Shown here: positions 1 through 11,772 of the stretch, one piece after another
Position numbering within the stretch: the first letter of the stretch is position 1
Layout: each line of letters starts with the position of its first letter
Assembly: GCA_964188305.1 (NCBI GenBank)
Contig: OZ076894.1
Strand: one strand, 5' to 3'
DNA length: 64,000 nt
From: Podarcis bocagei
Taxonomy: Eukaryota
Made by a program: the position numbers and the translations under genes
Notes under the pieces: generated by a model
Told to the model about the DNA's origin: nothing
The model's input: the letters and a program-made list of their open reading frames with translations, nothing else
Database searches by the model: none

Positions 1-193
1 GTTTCCCTCCCCTTATGGTTTTGATCTATGGGCTATTATTAAAATGAGGCTGCATTTTAAATTGCATTTTTAACCTGTATTTTAAATTGTTTTCCCCCCT
101 ATTATGTTTTTGTTGTAATTTTACTGGTGTTAGCCACCCTGAGCCTGGCTCTGGCCAGGGTGGGTGGGGTATAAATAAAAATTTATTATTATT
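1..193 (+). mobile_element. L2-clade LINE 3' UTR/tail fragment, cut by the window edge
   Basis: GTTAGCCACCCTGAGCC...GGGGTATAAATAAAA followed by (TTA)n; similar to the L2 tail at about 54730-54840. Confidence 0.65.
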
Positions 194-196
194 AAT

Positions 197-197
<1 letters not shown>

Positions 198-233
<36 letters not shown>
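198..233. repeat. (GATA)n microsatellite
   Basis: Direct tandem repeat. Confidence 0.95.
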
Positions 234-299
234 CAATGACATTTGACCTTTGGGGGCCCAAGTGGCAATCTGGACTGGTAGAAATGACACAGATCTTAC

Positions 300-530
300 T
301 GTGGTGCGGTGGTTAGATGAGGACCTGGGAGACCCGAGTTCAAATCACCAGCTGGCCATGAAGCTCATTGGGTGACCTTGGGCCTGCCACAGTCTCTTAG
401 CCAGTTTTTGTGAGGATAAAATGGAAGGGAAGGGTTGTGAGTGGGGTTGGGGTGGGACTACGTATGCCACCTTAAGTTTTATGGAGGAAACTTTATGTAG
501 TATTTATGTAGTAAATAATAATAATAATAA
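300..530 (+). mobile_element. Old tRNA-derived SINE (Squam3/MIR-like)
   Basis: A-box-like GTGGTGCGGTGGTT, B-box GAGTTCAAATC, core GGGTGACCTTGGGC, TGTGAGGATAAAATG, A/TAA-rich tail. Confidence 0.55.
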
Positions 531-821
531 TTGGCCTCACCGACACGATTCTTTCACGCACATGTGAGGAAATGGGTGAGGAGAGCAGGCATTGCTCAGT
601 GGGGGCATTGCACATACATCACGTGCAAAAGGTCCCAAGTTCAGTGTTTAGTTAAAAGGGATCAAACGGGAGTAGTCAATGTTGTACCCTGTTGGACAAC
701 AGTTCCAATAATCTTTGGGATGCTAATAGGATGTGGAGTCCAATAGCATTTGGAGGTCATTGCATTGGCTGCAACTTTCAGATGTGGAAGACTTCAGATT
801 GTGAACTGCTGTCAGCCTGAA

Positions 822-1300
822 CCTTTCTTCTCTGGCGATCACTCATAGCCAAGTAAGCTTGTCTTCCATCGACAAGATTGTCTTCCATAGACATGGTTTT
901 AACAGTGAGTCCGTAAGTGACTGTGGAGGTCATTTCTGGATCCACACGTCCTTTCACAGTGGGGACATTGGTTTCTGGGCAGGAGTTGATCACCGTGTGG
1001 ATTTGCCTTCCTCTTAGGACATTTCTCCCTCTCATCCTGAGTTTGAGAGTCTTCAAAGTCCATGACACGTTTGGTAAAGGCTGTTCTCCCATTGGAGCAC
1101 TCGCAGGCCAGTGTTTCCCAGTTGTCTGTGTGTATACTATTTTTTTTTTTTTAGGTTTGCCTTGAGCGAGTCTTTGAACCTCTTTTGTTGGCCACCAGCA
1201 TTACGCTTTCCATTTTTAAGTTTGGAATAGAGTAGTTGCTTTAGAAGACGATAATCAGGCATCCGCACAACATGACCAGTCCAACGATGTTGAAGAATAA
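822..1300 (-). mobile_element. RTE-clade LINE 3' fragment (not BovB), degenerate ORF C-terminus
   Basis: Minus-strand translation gives RWTGHVVRMPDYRLLKQLLYSKLKNGKRNAGGQQKRFKDSLKANLK and a C2H2-like CPHCERTCGSRNDLHSHLRTH, typical of RTE C-termini; interrupted by a poly-A run. Confidence 0.8.
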
Positions 1301-2528
1301 TTGTTTCAACACTGGGGAGATGGCCAATATTGGGTAAATGGCCAATATCCTGACCTGGTATAAGACAGCTTCCTCTGAGCAGGAGACGATGATGCCTCGT
1401 TTAAGGGTCTTACACTGCACCTAGTAATGTAATTTGCCTCGTATATTGGGCAATCGGGACTGCCAACTCCCGACTTTCTGGCTTGTTTGTTGAGCTTCAT
1501 TCTAGCAATAGCCAATGAGGTGCCCTGCAGATGTTGTTGGGACTCCAACTCCCATCTGCTCCAGCCAGCATGGCCACTGGATGATGGGAGTTGTAGTCCA
1601 ACAATATCTGGAGGGGCACTGCATCAGCTACCCTGACTTTAGTCTATCCTGTTTATTGTGCCCTACCCTTCAGGAAGGCAGAAAAGCTTTTGATTGCTTG
1701 AGCAGAGAAGCCAGGCAGGCGTGTAGATCATAGCATAGCCAAGGTGTGGTCAAGGCAGGGGACAACCAGGAAGCAAGCTGAGGAGGCTGCCTCAGAGGTG
1801 ACAGGGAGTGGGCAGTACTGGGGTGTTGAAGGGCAGAGCTGTGTGTGGCATATGCCTTTCTCTGTGCCCCCTGAAGCAGCCTGTTGCTCTCAGATTCTGG
1901 GCAAGTCCTGCCAACAGTGCTGAAATCAGATGCAACTGTCAGCCCAGTAATATTCTGTATTTAGGAGGGCGGGGAGCCATCTTGTCCTTAGCCTCAGGCA
2001 GCGAAATGCGTTGTGCCAGCCTTGAACGGACAGCAGGAAGGTGGGTAGTCTGATGGAAGGCCGTGGAACAGTCCAATGAGCACACAGGACAGCTTAATGG
2101 CTTCTCCCAGCAATGTGCTGTGCAGATGGAGCGAGCACACCAGGCTTTGAAGCTGCAACACAGGAAATGGAGTGGGATTTGTTCTCTTCGATCGCTTGAT
2201 TCCTGAACTCACGATGCTTCCAGCTGGTGGTGATGTAGCTCAGGCTGAAATTCCTAAAATTCTGGTCGTAGGGGCTAAGAAGCCAGGAGCCAGAACTTTT
2301 ATCTGCAAGGCATCTGTATCAGCCCCGGCCAGTTTCTGTCATGCACCTGTTTGTGTTACCCTTTGACTTCAGGAATCACCAGGAATCACCAGAAAGAAAT
2401 CAGCTTGAGAGTGCAAAAGATGTTAAAGACCATTGCAAGGGGAAGAAACAAGATATTACAGTGGCAAACTGGGAGGAACAAATGGGGTAGTGGGGAATTT
2501 TTTTTGTAGGGGTACCTGTTCCCCCTTG

Positions 2529-2529
<1 letters not shown>

Positions 2530-2593
<64 letters not shown>

Positions 2594-3280
2594 TATTTAT
2601 AGCCCACCCATCTGGCTGGGTTTCCCCAGCCATTCTGGGCAGCTTCCAACAGAATATTAAAATACAATAGTCTATTAAACATTAAAAGTTTCCCTAAACA
2701 GAGCTGCCTTCAGATGTCTTCTAAAAGTCTGGTAGTTGTTCTTCTCTTTGACATCTGGTAGGAGGGCGTTCCACAGAGCGGGTGCCACTACCGAGAAGGC
2801 CCTCTGCATGGTTCCCTGTAACTTGGCTTCTTGCAGTGAGGGAACCGCCAGAACGCCCTTGGCGCTGGACCTCAGTGTCTGGGCAGAATGATGGAGATGG
2901 AGAAGCTCCTTCATGTATGCTGGGCCGAGGCTGTTTAGGGCTTTAAAGGTCAGCACCAACACTTTGAATTGTGCTCGGAAACGTACTGGGAGCCAATGTA
3001 GGTCTTTCAAGATGGGTGTTATGTGGTCTCGGTGGCCGCTCCCAGTCACCAGTCTAGCTGCTGTATTCTGGATTAGTTGTAGTTTCTGGGTCACCTTCAA
3101 AGGTAGCCCCAAGCGAGAGATAACTAGAGCATGCACCACTCTGGCAAGACAGTCTGCGGGCAGGTAGGGTCTCAGCCTGCGTACCAGATGGAGCTGATAA
3201 ACAGCTGCTCTGGACATAGAATTGACCTGTGCCTTCATGGACAGCTGTGAGTCCCTTCAGGGGCACAGTTACCCCATTCA
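2530..3280 (-). mobile_element. L2-clade LINE 3' fragment with (TTA)n tail
   Basis: ORF 2675-3238 has HALVISRL...LQLIQNTAARLV...HITPILKDLHWLPV...FKVLVLTFKAL, the L2 ORF2 C-terminus; (TAA)n at 2530-2592; small internal deletions. Confidence 0.9.
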
Positions 3281-3569
3281 TAATCCTTTTTCTCAGCCAT
3301 TTAATGTTAAGGGCTGTGATGTTGCCCCAGTCTGCATCATATAGGCCACTCTTAGTTCTTATATTTGAAGAATTAATAGCTCTGGGATATGTCTGCGTTG
3401 CTCCTCTTCTCCAGAGGCAATGTATTACCCATTGAAATGGGCAGCTTCTCTCTGTTTTTCCCTTTCTCCTTTTTTAAAAAACAACAACAACAAAACACCT
3501 CAGTCCTGAACAAAAGTAAAAAATGGTGCTGGCCCAATTGATGCCTCCCACTTTAGCTTTACACGTGAT

Positions 3570-3783
3570 ATATTTCTGGGGCTCAAGACCAGGACTAGCC
3601 ACCTGAGAAACAGTTTCTACGCAAATGCAATTCTGGTTCTAAACACAGCATTAGGAGTCTCTATAGTATATTGTATTTTAAAATGGGGTTTCAGAGTTTT
3701 TAGGGGTTTTTGAATGTCTTATGTAGATTTTCAGTTTCATTGTTCTGTATAGGACAATGACAATAAATATATCGTATCGTATC
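3570..3783 (+). mobile_element. Rex1/Babar-like LINE 3' end
   Basis: Translates RTSHLRNSFYANAILVLN (Rex/Babar-type C-terminus), then AATGACAATAAA and a (TATCG)n tail. Confidence 0.6.
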
Positions 3784-4699
3784 AGCTGCATTCCACTGGA
3801 GCAGATGCCACAGGTCGCCAAGTCAACCTCTGTGATTCTTACACCTCCATCTCTGAGCATCTTATCTTGCCTGTGGCATTGCCACAGTTCAGCTGTGGCT
3901 CTGCCTGTCCTGTTTGTGATCCTTGTCCCCCCAAACTCCCCACCACCTGTTCTGGGCAAAGACAAAAGGTTTCTTTCAAAGTGAAGGAAATAAATCCATA
4001 GCCCACTTTCCGTGGTTCACCCATTCTGCTTCCACAGCTACAAGAAAGGGCGCGTTGTCTGCTCTCTTGGAGCCAGCTGACATCGGTAGCAAACCCTGCG
4101 CCCAGCTGCCAAGCGCCTGTCTTATGCATTTCCTGACCCAAGCAAGCTGTTGCTCCTTCCCTTGAATATTAATTGCTGCATCGCGAAACGCTGCAGTTCG
4201 ATACCACTTGGAAGACTAGTAGGTGGGTGATAAATAATGCATGGGAGAGCAATGAAGGCAATGCAGTAGCCTTTATTTATTTATTTATACATAAAAATTA
4301 ATTGGTTTATGCACAAGGTAACGGCTCTCGGTAACACGATCAGCAAGGAGGAAGAACTATACTGATCTATCCTTCCGTACTGCTGCGGCTTGTGAATTAG
4401 CTCTCTAAACCTTGGATGGGTCATTTTAGGCCCCCTCTAAATGTGATTGCTGGTTGCTACAAATTCTGACCCCACAACTTTTTGCTGCTCGAGGCAAAAG
4501 TCAAGATGGCGCCTCCCCATTCTATGTGCAGAAGCAAACTGTGCCAGCAGTTGAATCTTATTTCCAGCAGTGGCAATATTGGTGGGATGGCACACCCAAA
4601 GGCATTAGACTCATTGAGAACACCCCCAGAGTGATGTATTATTATGTGTGTATTCTCCAATATGGATCTCAAACTTTTGATGAGTTAGAGACTTCCCCT

Positions 4700-5385
4700 G
4701 CATGTGAAGACAGGCTCCGGCTGGCGGATTGAGTGGACACAGTGGCGTAGTGTGGGTTGTCAGCACCCGGGGCAAGGCAAGTAGTTTGCGCCCCCTAACC
4801 CGTGGATTTGCGCCCCCTAACCCGTGGATTTCCACCCCCTAACCCTAACCCCCAGATGTTGCGCCCGGTGCGGCCGCCCCCCCTGCACCCCCCACGCTAC
4901 GCCACTGAGTGGACAAGACCGATAGCGGGTCCAACGGTCAAGAAGGCAGTTTCTGCACGTGCTGCAGAAGGAAGTGAGGGACAGATGACGCTCGCCAACC
5001 TGGGAAGGTGGCCCATCTTGGAGAAGGAAAACACTGATCCTAAACCTCCCATGCCTCCCATCTTTGGGAGACAAAAAGGCTAAGAAGTAAACCTTACACA
5101 AATCCAGAGGGGAGTCCCCAAAACGATTGGATGGCATCTTGTACACCTCCCCCTGGCAACACCTGCACCCAAGCAGATGCCAAATGTATTGCTCTTCTTT
5201 CCTTTGGACTACATCAGCAAGGCTGAGAGAGGGGTCTTGTCATCTGGGCAGCCCAAGATCTCCATACACACTGCCCAGGCTTGCGCCCTGGGGAAAGAGA
5301 CTTTGGTGCTGCTAGCACAGCAGTTTCACTTCACCCTTGGAGGTGCACTCCATTGTCTCTCAAGACAGATGGATGCCAGCAACAA
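4700..5385 (+). mobile_element. Non-coding RTE-associated retroelement (SINE-like), interrupted by a hAT MITE
   Basis: GGAGAAGGAAAACACTGATCCTAAACC resembles RTE 5' UTR motifs; ends ...GACAGATGGATGCCAGCAACAA; a reverse copy of the 3' end with a (CAA)n tail is at about 47480-47550. Boundaries approximate. Confidence 0.45.
4740..4907. mobile_element. hAT MITE, 168 bp, CAGTGGCGTAG TIR family
   Basis: TIRs CAGTGGCGTAGTGTGGG / CCCACGCTACGCCACTG; perfect 8-bp TSD AGTGGACA (4732-4739, 4908-4915). Confidence 0.92.
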
Positions 5386-5530
5386 TTCTGCAATATGTCT
5401 TTGGCACAATAATAATAATATATTGGTGGTGGATTTATTCTGCTTTAGTCCTGTGGTGCTTCCCCAGTGCTACCGCGTCATTGCTGTCTAGAGGGGCTAT
5501 ATATAACATAACAAGAGCGAGACAAAAATA

Positions 5531-5780
5531 CAGTAGTACCTTGGTTGTTGAACTTCATCCTTCTGGGAGTCCGTTTGACTTCTGGAACTGTTCAAAAACC
5601 AAGTCGCGGCCTCCAATTGGCTGCAGGAGCTTCCTGCACTCAAGAGGAAACCATGGAAGCTGCGTCAGACATTCAGGTTCCAAAAAACATCCGCAAACCG
5701 GAACACTTACTTCCGGGTTTGCAGCGTTTGGGAGCCAATTTGTTCAGGAGCCAAGCCATTTGACAACCAAGGTACCACTG
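5531..5780. mobile_element. Tc1/mariner (Tigger/pogo-like) MITE
   Basis: TIR CAGTAGTACCTTGGTTGT / ACAACCAAGGTACCACTG; TA on both flanks. Confidence 0.85.
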
Positions 5781-6290
5781 TAAACCAAAATATTTGTGGC
5801 ATTAAAAGTTGCAAGATTTCAGCAAGAAGTTATGGGATATGTACTCATTGCAAATGGAGCAGTGTGAAACCCGTTGACCGCCCCCCCCCCCGCTTTTGCA
5901 GGCACAAATGTCACATGTGGCTTCCTAGAGAAAATCCAGAGCAACATCAACATGATTGTCCAATGAAAAAGATGTCTGCAGGATGGCCACTTATGCATTG
6001 CCAAAAAATTACTTCCACTAAGTGAATGATTCAGCCTTTGTCTCTCCCTAAAAGTTTATTTTCATCTCACTTTTTAAATCTCAGCACAGAGAAGATGTGA
6101 CATTCAGTGTTATTGCAGTAATGAGCAAATTTCATTGTTAATGTTATTCAAGTAATCAACAAATTGGTTGCAAATCCCATTGATGATATTTGTCAACAGA
6201 GTGCCTTCTCAACTTGATTTGCAGGATCTACGTTTGTTCATCTTCACAGTGCGCCAAGGAAAGACATTTTTTACTCTCCAGAGATGTATT

Positions 6291-6315
6291 TGCAGTTATT
6301 ACCACTAGATGTCTC
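6291..6315 (+). promoter_or_regulatory. Candidate CTCF site with upstream motif
   Basis: TGCAG-N6-CCACTAGATGTCTC; motif match only. Confidence 0.3.
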
Positions 6316-7644
6316 CATGCTGTATTGAAATCCTAGAACCAGGGTTCTTGTAACCTTGTTATAGCAAAATCTCCCAAATCAGTGGGAGAAAAAACCAGCC
6401 CCCTTTTAAATCATTCCAATGCATGTGTTGCTCAGAGAGAAGTGTTCAATCTGTGATGTTCACGTGCACATGAAAGCCACCAGTGAAAAGTCATCAGTTG
6501 AGTATTAAACATGCATGTGTGAATCAACCCTTACTTCAATTTCTTTCTTGTGTTTCCCGAGAAGTGTGGTCTGTGTTAGATTGAGGGCTCGAGACTCTTC
6601 AGAACAAGAATCAGGATACAGAATAATCTTAGCATATACTGACTGTGTTCTGTTGCTGTGATAAACCATGGTTTATTGTGGCAGAAATGAGCTAGCTCCT
6701 TGTGGAAGTGTGTGTGTGTGCCCCATGCACATCCCTTCTCTTCTGCCACAGCTGCCAGGTGGAGTTCAGAAGCTTCCATTTTTTATTAACCCCAAATTGT
6801 CATATCGTTTGAACCTGGCAAATTGTGGTTAATCTTCACTGTGGCTTTTGTTTTGTTTTGTCTGAGACAAGCCAACTTCAAACCATGAAGCTGGCTTGTT
6901 TCAAGAAACAGTGAAGAAGATTGACCACAGTTTAGTATTTGGACCTAACACCAAACTGTGGTGAATCAAAACTGGGAATGAAAACTTTCGATTTCCCCCT
7001 TGTGGAAGAGGACAAGAGCGGAGGTGTTACCGGATCTGCTCGTGTCTGCGCAAAGGCACGCTTGAACCCGGGTCTTACAGATCTGTTCACAAAACTGTTA
7101 TTTTGGGATCTTTGCTGGAGCAAATGGTGTGCCACAGCTGTTATTGCAATGGGCATGATTGTACCACCCATCCATCATAGTTGGCCGACAAGGGGTAGGG
7201 GGAGAAGCTGATTTCGAAAGCTTCTCCACCCCTGCCTTAAATGTATCATTAAGTCTTCTGCAAGAACGTTTTTCCTAAGACACACACATTTCGGCTTAAT
7301 CCAATTACCAGGGAAAGGTGTTTGCTGGAGGCTATCCCTTGATTACTATCCAGAATCAAATAATTTATGTTAAGGAGGGGTGTTTACTTGCATTAGATAT
7401 GGCAGAGGTTCCAGAGACTAATTTGGCTTGTACTTGCATGATCCATTATGCATACCACTTTTTTGCAGGAAAATTCCCATGTATAGTTACCACAATGGAC
7501 TGGATGATTTAGCAGGAACCATTCAATATTTCCCTGAATAAATGGTTGAGCTCCCTCTGACTCCTTAAATTAGCAATGTTCTCACCGCTAAGCCAAAATA
7601 GACACACAGTCTTGGGGCACGTGCAGAGTTCCAGTTGAACCAAG

Positions 7645-7784
7645 CTTCTCGCTCAGATAGTAGAGCAGGAGACTCTTAATCTCAGGGTCGTAGGTATGAG
7701 CCCCATGTTGGGCAAAAGATTCCTGCATTTCAGGGGGTTGGACTAGATAGCCCTTGTGGTCCCTTCCAATTCTATGATCTATGA
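7645..7784 (+). mobile_element. tRNA(Lys)-like-head SINE with CR1-derived 3' tail
   Basis: Head GCTCAGATAGTAGAGCAGGAGACTCTTAATCTCAGGGTCGTAGG; tail GGGGGTTGGACTAGAT...CTTCCAATTCTATGATCTATG matches the CR1 end at about 63340-63406. Confidence 0.75.
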
Positions 7785-7978
7785 AAGTTGGAAGCATGCA
7801 AGTCTGAAGGGAGGCTAGGCTCATTCCCATAATTTATCGTCTATGGTATCTGAAGACAGCTGTAGTGTTCAGCTTTCATCATAGTGGACAGCAACAACCA
7901 GTCTCCCACTTCTTCCTTCTAGAATCCCCTCTGTCCTCCCCAGTCTATTATAAGTCTATAATAGTCCCCAGTCTATTA

Positions 7979-8312
7979 GGTAAAGGGACCCCTTAGGTCC
8001 AGTCGTGGCCGACTCTGGGGTTGCGGCGCTCATCTCGCTTTATTGGCCGAGGGAGCTGGTGTACAGCTTCCGGGTCATGTGGCCAGCATGACTAAGCCGC
8101 TTCTGGCGAACCAGAGCAGCGGAAACGCTGTTTACCTTCCCGCTGGAGCGGTACCTATTTATCTACTTGCACTTTGACGTGCTTTTGAACTGCTAGGTTG
8201 GCAGGAGCAGAGACCGAGCAACAGGAGCTCAGCCCGTCGCGGGGATTTGAACCGCCGACCTTCTGATCAGCAAGTCCTAGGCTCCGTGGTTTAACCCACA
8301 GCACCACCCCTG
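7979..8312 (-). mobile_element. Sauria SINE
   Basis: Minus-strand head GTGCTGTGGGTTAAACCAC...GGTTCAAATCC, tail GGGGTCCCTTTACC; TSD CCCAGTCTATTA. Confidence 0.92.
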
Positions 8313-9103
8313 CCCAGTCTATTAGTCTATGGCTAATCCAGAGCATGCTGAAGTGTTGGCTTTGAAGAAGGAGGGGATCTGTCACTAATATAAGTAAGAT
8401 CCTCAGAGTCAGGCTACAGAAAGTCAGAGAAGCTCGGAAACACTTAGAAGCATAAGATTAACTTGCGGTTTTGCAACACGCCATCCAGTTGAAACTATGT
8501 TTTGGGAAAACACTTATCTTAGGGCATGTGCAGTCATTCCCAAAATTATGAAGATAAAATGGTGCCCCCCTCATGACCAGGCAAAGAAAAGAAAATGAGA
8601 AGTATCCCTTCCAAAGAGCTCCGGATGCAGGCAAGAAGTTGGGTCATTTGCTCAATACAAGTAGTAATTCTCCACAAACATTACCAAATTGGTATGTGTT
8701 CCATCTACAGGGAGAAAGCTCACATGCTTCTTCAGTACATGAATCAGCCATGAAGCCTGGATTCTTCCATGTGTATTCTCCACTTGAAGGAAGAATAGTG
8801 CATTTTCATTTGGTGTCAATAATACTGATCTTGGTTGTATTTGGGATAAACTGGTAACAGCTGCATGCCTATAACATGTTTTATGTTTCATCAGCAGTGA
8901 CAGCTCCTGGCTGATAATTGATCCCCCCCCCAATCTAAATATCAATGTGAAATGTGTTAATTTATAATTAATGGAAAAGAATGGTCTAATCAAAATGCTG
9001 TAGAACTAGTTAAATGCACCATTGATTTTTGTTTTTAATTTTTACGCTATGCAGAGGTTGTTTTCCAGAGCAGAAGCACTCTCTCCATGCAAACTTACTA
9101 ATA

Positions 9104-9318
9104 CAGTGGTACCTCGGGTTAAGAACGTAATTCGTTCTGGAGGTCCGTTCTTAAGCTGAAACTGTTCTTAACCTGAGGTACCACTTTAGCTAATGGGGCC
9201 TCCCGCCGCCGCCACACGGTTTCTGTTCTCATCCTGAAGCAAAGTTCTTAACCTGAGGTACTATTTCTGGGTTAGCGGAGTCTGTAACCTGAAGCGTCTG
9301 TAACCCGAGGTACCACCG
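9104..9318. mobile_element. Tigger/pogo-like MITE (CAGTGGTACCTCGGGTTA family)
   Basis: TIRs plus TA flanks; eight similar copies in the window. Confidence 0.9.
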
Positions 9319-10980
9319 TACTGCATTTGCACAAATATATTTGAGTGGCTGGCTAAGCAGTTGATGGCTTATAGGTGGGGCAGGACAACAGAAAGATCCA
9401 CTGGATTGTGACTTACCCTATAAGGCTGTGGGTCCTTGAAGGTCACTGGGTCAGTCACTCAGCTGGTCTACCAAGTATCCCCTTAGTATCATGCCCCCAC
9501 CCAAAAACTCTCCTGCCCCCACCTGGTGAATTACGGAGGGCAGTAGGACACTCCTGTAACTTATTAAAGGTCAGCAAATTATGATGCAATTTTCTAGCTA
9601 TTTAATGAGTGAGCCCCAATGAACTCAATTTTGTAAGGAGATGTAGGATTGCACCATTCGTCTTCCATTCATTAAAAACCTGTTTTCTGAGCCCACAGTC
9701 CTTTGGTCTCCCCCTCGACTGGATAATCCACAACAGGAGATGTAGGGGCTCAGTTTTGGCTAATTGAACTAGTGTGAGAAGAAGGGCAAGATTCATTCTA
9801 GAAATTTTGAAACCACTAATGAACTAGTAGCAATTCAAAAATAGGTGAATTGCCAGCAAACAAGCTAGTGCAGACTTTTGGTTCGTGGCTGTGGCATGGC
9901 GATCCTTCTACTGAGATTTCTGGGTAATTACATGGAAATCCTCTCCCAGCAGTGCATTATATTAAAATAAATAAATACATTAGCACAGAGAAAATACAGA
10001 CTCCCAAGGCTAACCATTTTAAAAACTCGCCTCCTTCTCAAATGCATTGCTATGGTAATTTCATATCCCTCCTTTTTAAAGGTTTCAAACTCATTCCTCG
10101 AAATGCGGAGCAGCACTTAGAATAGCATCCTATTAACCGAAGCAACACTTCATTAATATTTTTCTCTCTGATTTCCTATCGGTATTATTATCACCATTAA
10201 AAACTGCCGACTCCTAAAATTCAGCTGCAGTGTAGATAACGGTGCATTTGTATGTGTGTTTCTCCTGCTTCCCCCGATACTGTTTTTTTTTAACCCCTCC
10301 TTGAATAAATTACTATTACTAGGTGGGATGTATTTCAAGAGAAATACTTTGCAGTCGAAACAGCAATTCCATTAAAACTACATCGCATCTGAGAAAACAT
10401 TCGGCCTTCCTTTGGGGAATTCGAAAGCAAATGTTTTCATGTGATTTAGAAGGCTCTGATGTTTTGCCACAGCAGTGTCTCCAGGGGCTAAGGGACACTC
10501 AGTAGCCCCCCCTTAAGCAGCAAAGGGTAGGATATATGTACTGAGATTTTCCCACAGATTTGGCATCAGAGATCAGTGTCACCAGACAGTTGCTGGTGCC
10601 CCCTACCTCTGCAAGAGGCCCATTGCTGACCACTCCCCTTACCCCCTAGCCACCATTGCTGCTCCAGCTCCTCTTTGTTGCCAGAGGCAGGGCTACTGAG
10701 AAGTGAAGTATAGAAGAGGCCAGGACTTTTGAGCTTTCATTAAAAAAATGTAAGCCTTTAGCCCTCCTAGAAGGACAGTTATGAAACAAAATGTGCAGGT
10801 ATCCTTCGAATCAGTTTCCTTGCCAGCTAGGCTGCTCTTGCCCTTCTGAGTTTTTTAGCCAATAAGTGAAGTCAGAGATGTGATTCACAAGTGAGTGGTT
10901 TGGGCAACAGGCTATATATAGGGATCCATGGAGTTCTAAAGACTGCCTGTTTTCTCCTCCCCTTTAGTGCACTTTTCGTT

Positions 10981-11231
10981 CCAGTGTGGTGTAGTGATTA
11001 AGAGCAGTAGACTCGAAATCTGGTGAACCGGGTTTGCGTCTCCGCTCCTCCACATGCAGCTGCTGGGTGACCTTGGGCTAGTCACACTTCTCTGAAGTCT
11101 CTCAGCCCCACTCACCTCACAGAGTGTTTGTTGTGGGGGAGGAAGGGAAAGGAGAATGTTAGCCACTTTGAGACTCCTTCGGGTAGTGATAAAGCAGGAT
11201 ATCAAATCCAAACTCCTCCTCCTCCTCTTCT
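10981..11231 (+). mobile_element. tRNA-derived SINE (Squam3-type)
   Basis: CCAGTGTGGTGTAGTGATTAAGAGC head, GGGTGACCTTGGGCTAGTCAC core, (CTC/CTT)n tail; near-identical to the copies at 27782 and 43642. Confidence 0.85.
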
Positions 11232-11407
11232 GCCTCATTTTCTAGTCTTTGGAATCCTGGACAGGATATCCTGTCTCTTGGTGTGTTGATATTTTCTAGA
11301 GAAGTGCACAGGGCTGGTTGAGTTGATTGCAGCAGGAATATGTGGCAAGGGATGATTAGATAGTGGAGTTCTTGGGGATGGGTTGTTGCTGCTGGTATAA
11401 ACACATA

Positions 11408-11772
11408 AAGGTAAAGGTAAAGGGACCCCTGACCATTAGGTCCAGTTGTGACAGACTCTGGTGTTGTGCGCTTATCTTGCTCTATAGGCCGAGGGAGCCG
11501 GCGTTTGTCTGCAGACAGCTTCCGTGTCATGTGGCCAGCATGACTAAGCCGGTTCTGGTGAACCAGAGCAGCGCACGGAAATGCCGTTTACCTGCCTGCC
11601 GGAGCAGTACCTATTTATCTACTTGCACTTTGACGTGCTTTCGAACTGCTAGGTTGGCAGGAGCTGGGACCGAGCAACGGGAGCTCACCCTGTCGTGGGG
11701 ATTCGAACCGCCGACCTTCTGATCGGCAAGCCCTAGGCTCTGTGGTTTAACCCACAGCGCCACCTGCATCCC
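11408..11772 (-). mobile_element. Sauria SINE
   Basis: Full length with (TACCTT)n tail; TSD ATAAAYACATA. Confidence 0.92.

Noticed and set aside
2386-2682. Poly-Ile, poly-Leu and poly-Phe ORFs (also near 19272, 23739, 54613)
   Set aside because: They are translations of (TAA)n and (GAA)n microsatellites.
3240-3280. Apparently identical 5' breakpoint of the L2 copies at 3255 and 15056
   Set aside because: The first copy continues to about 3280 (NGVTVPLK) after an internal deletion, so the ends differ.
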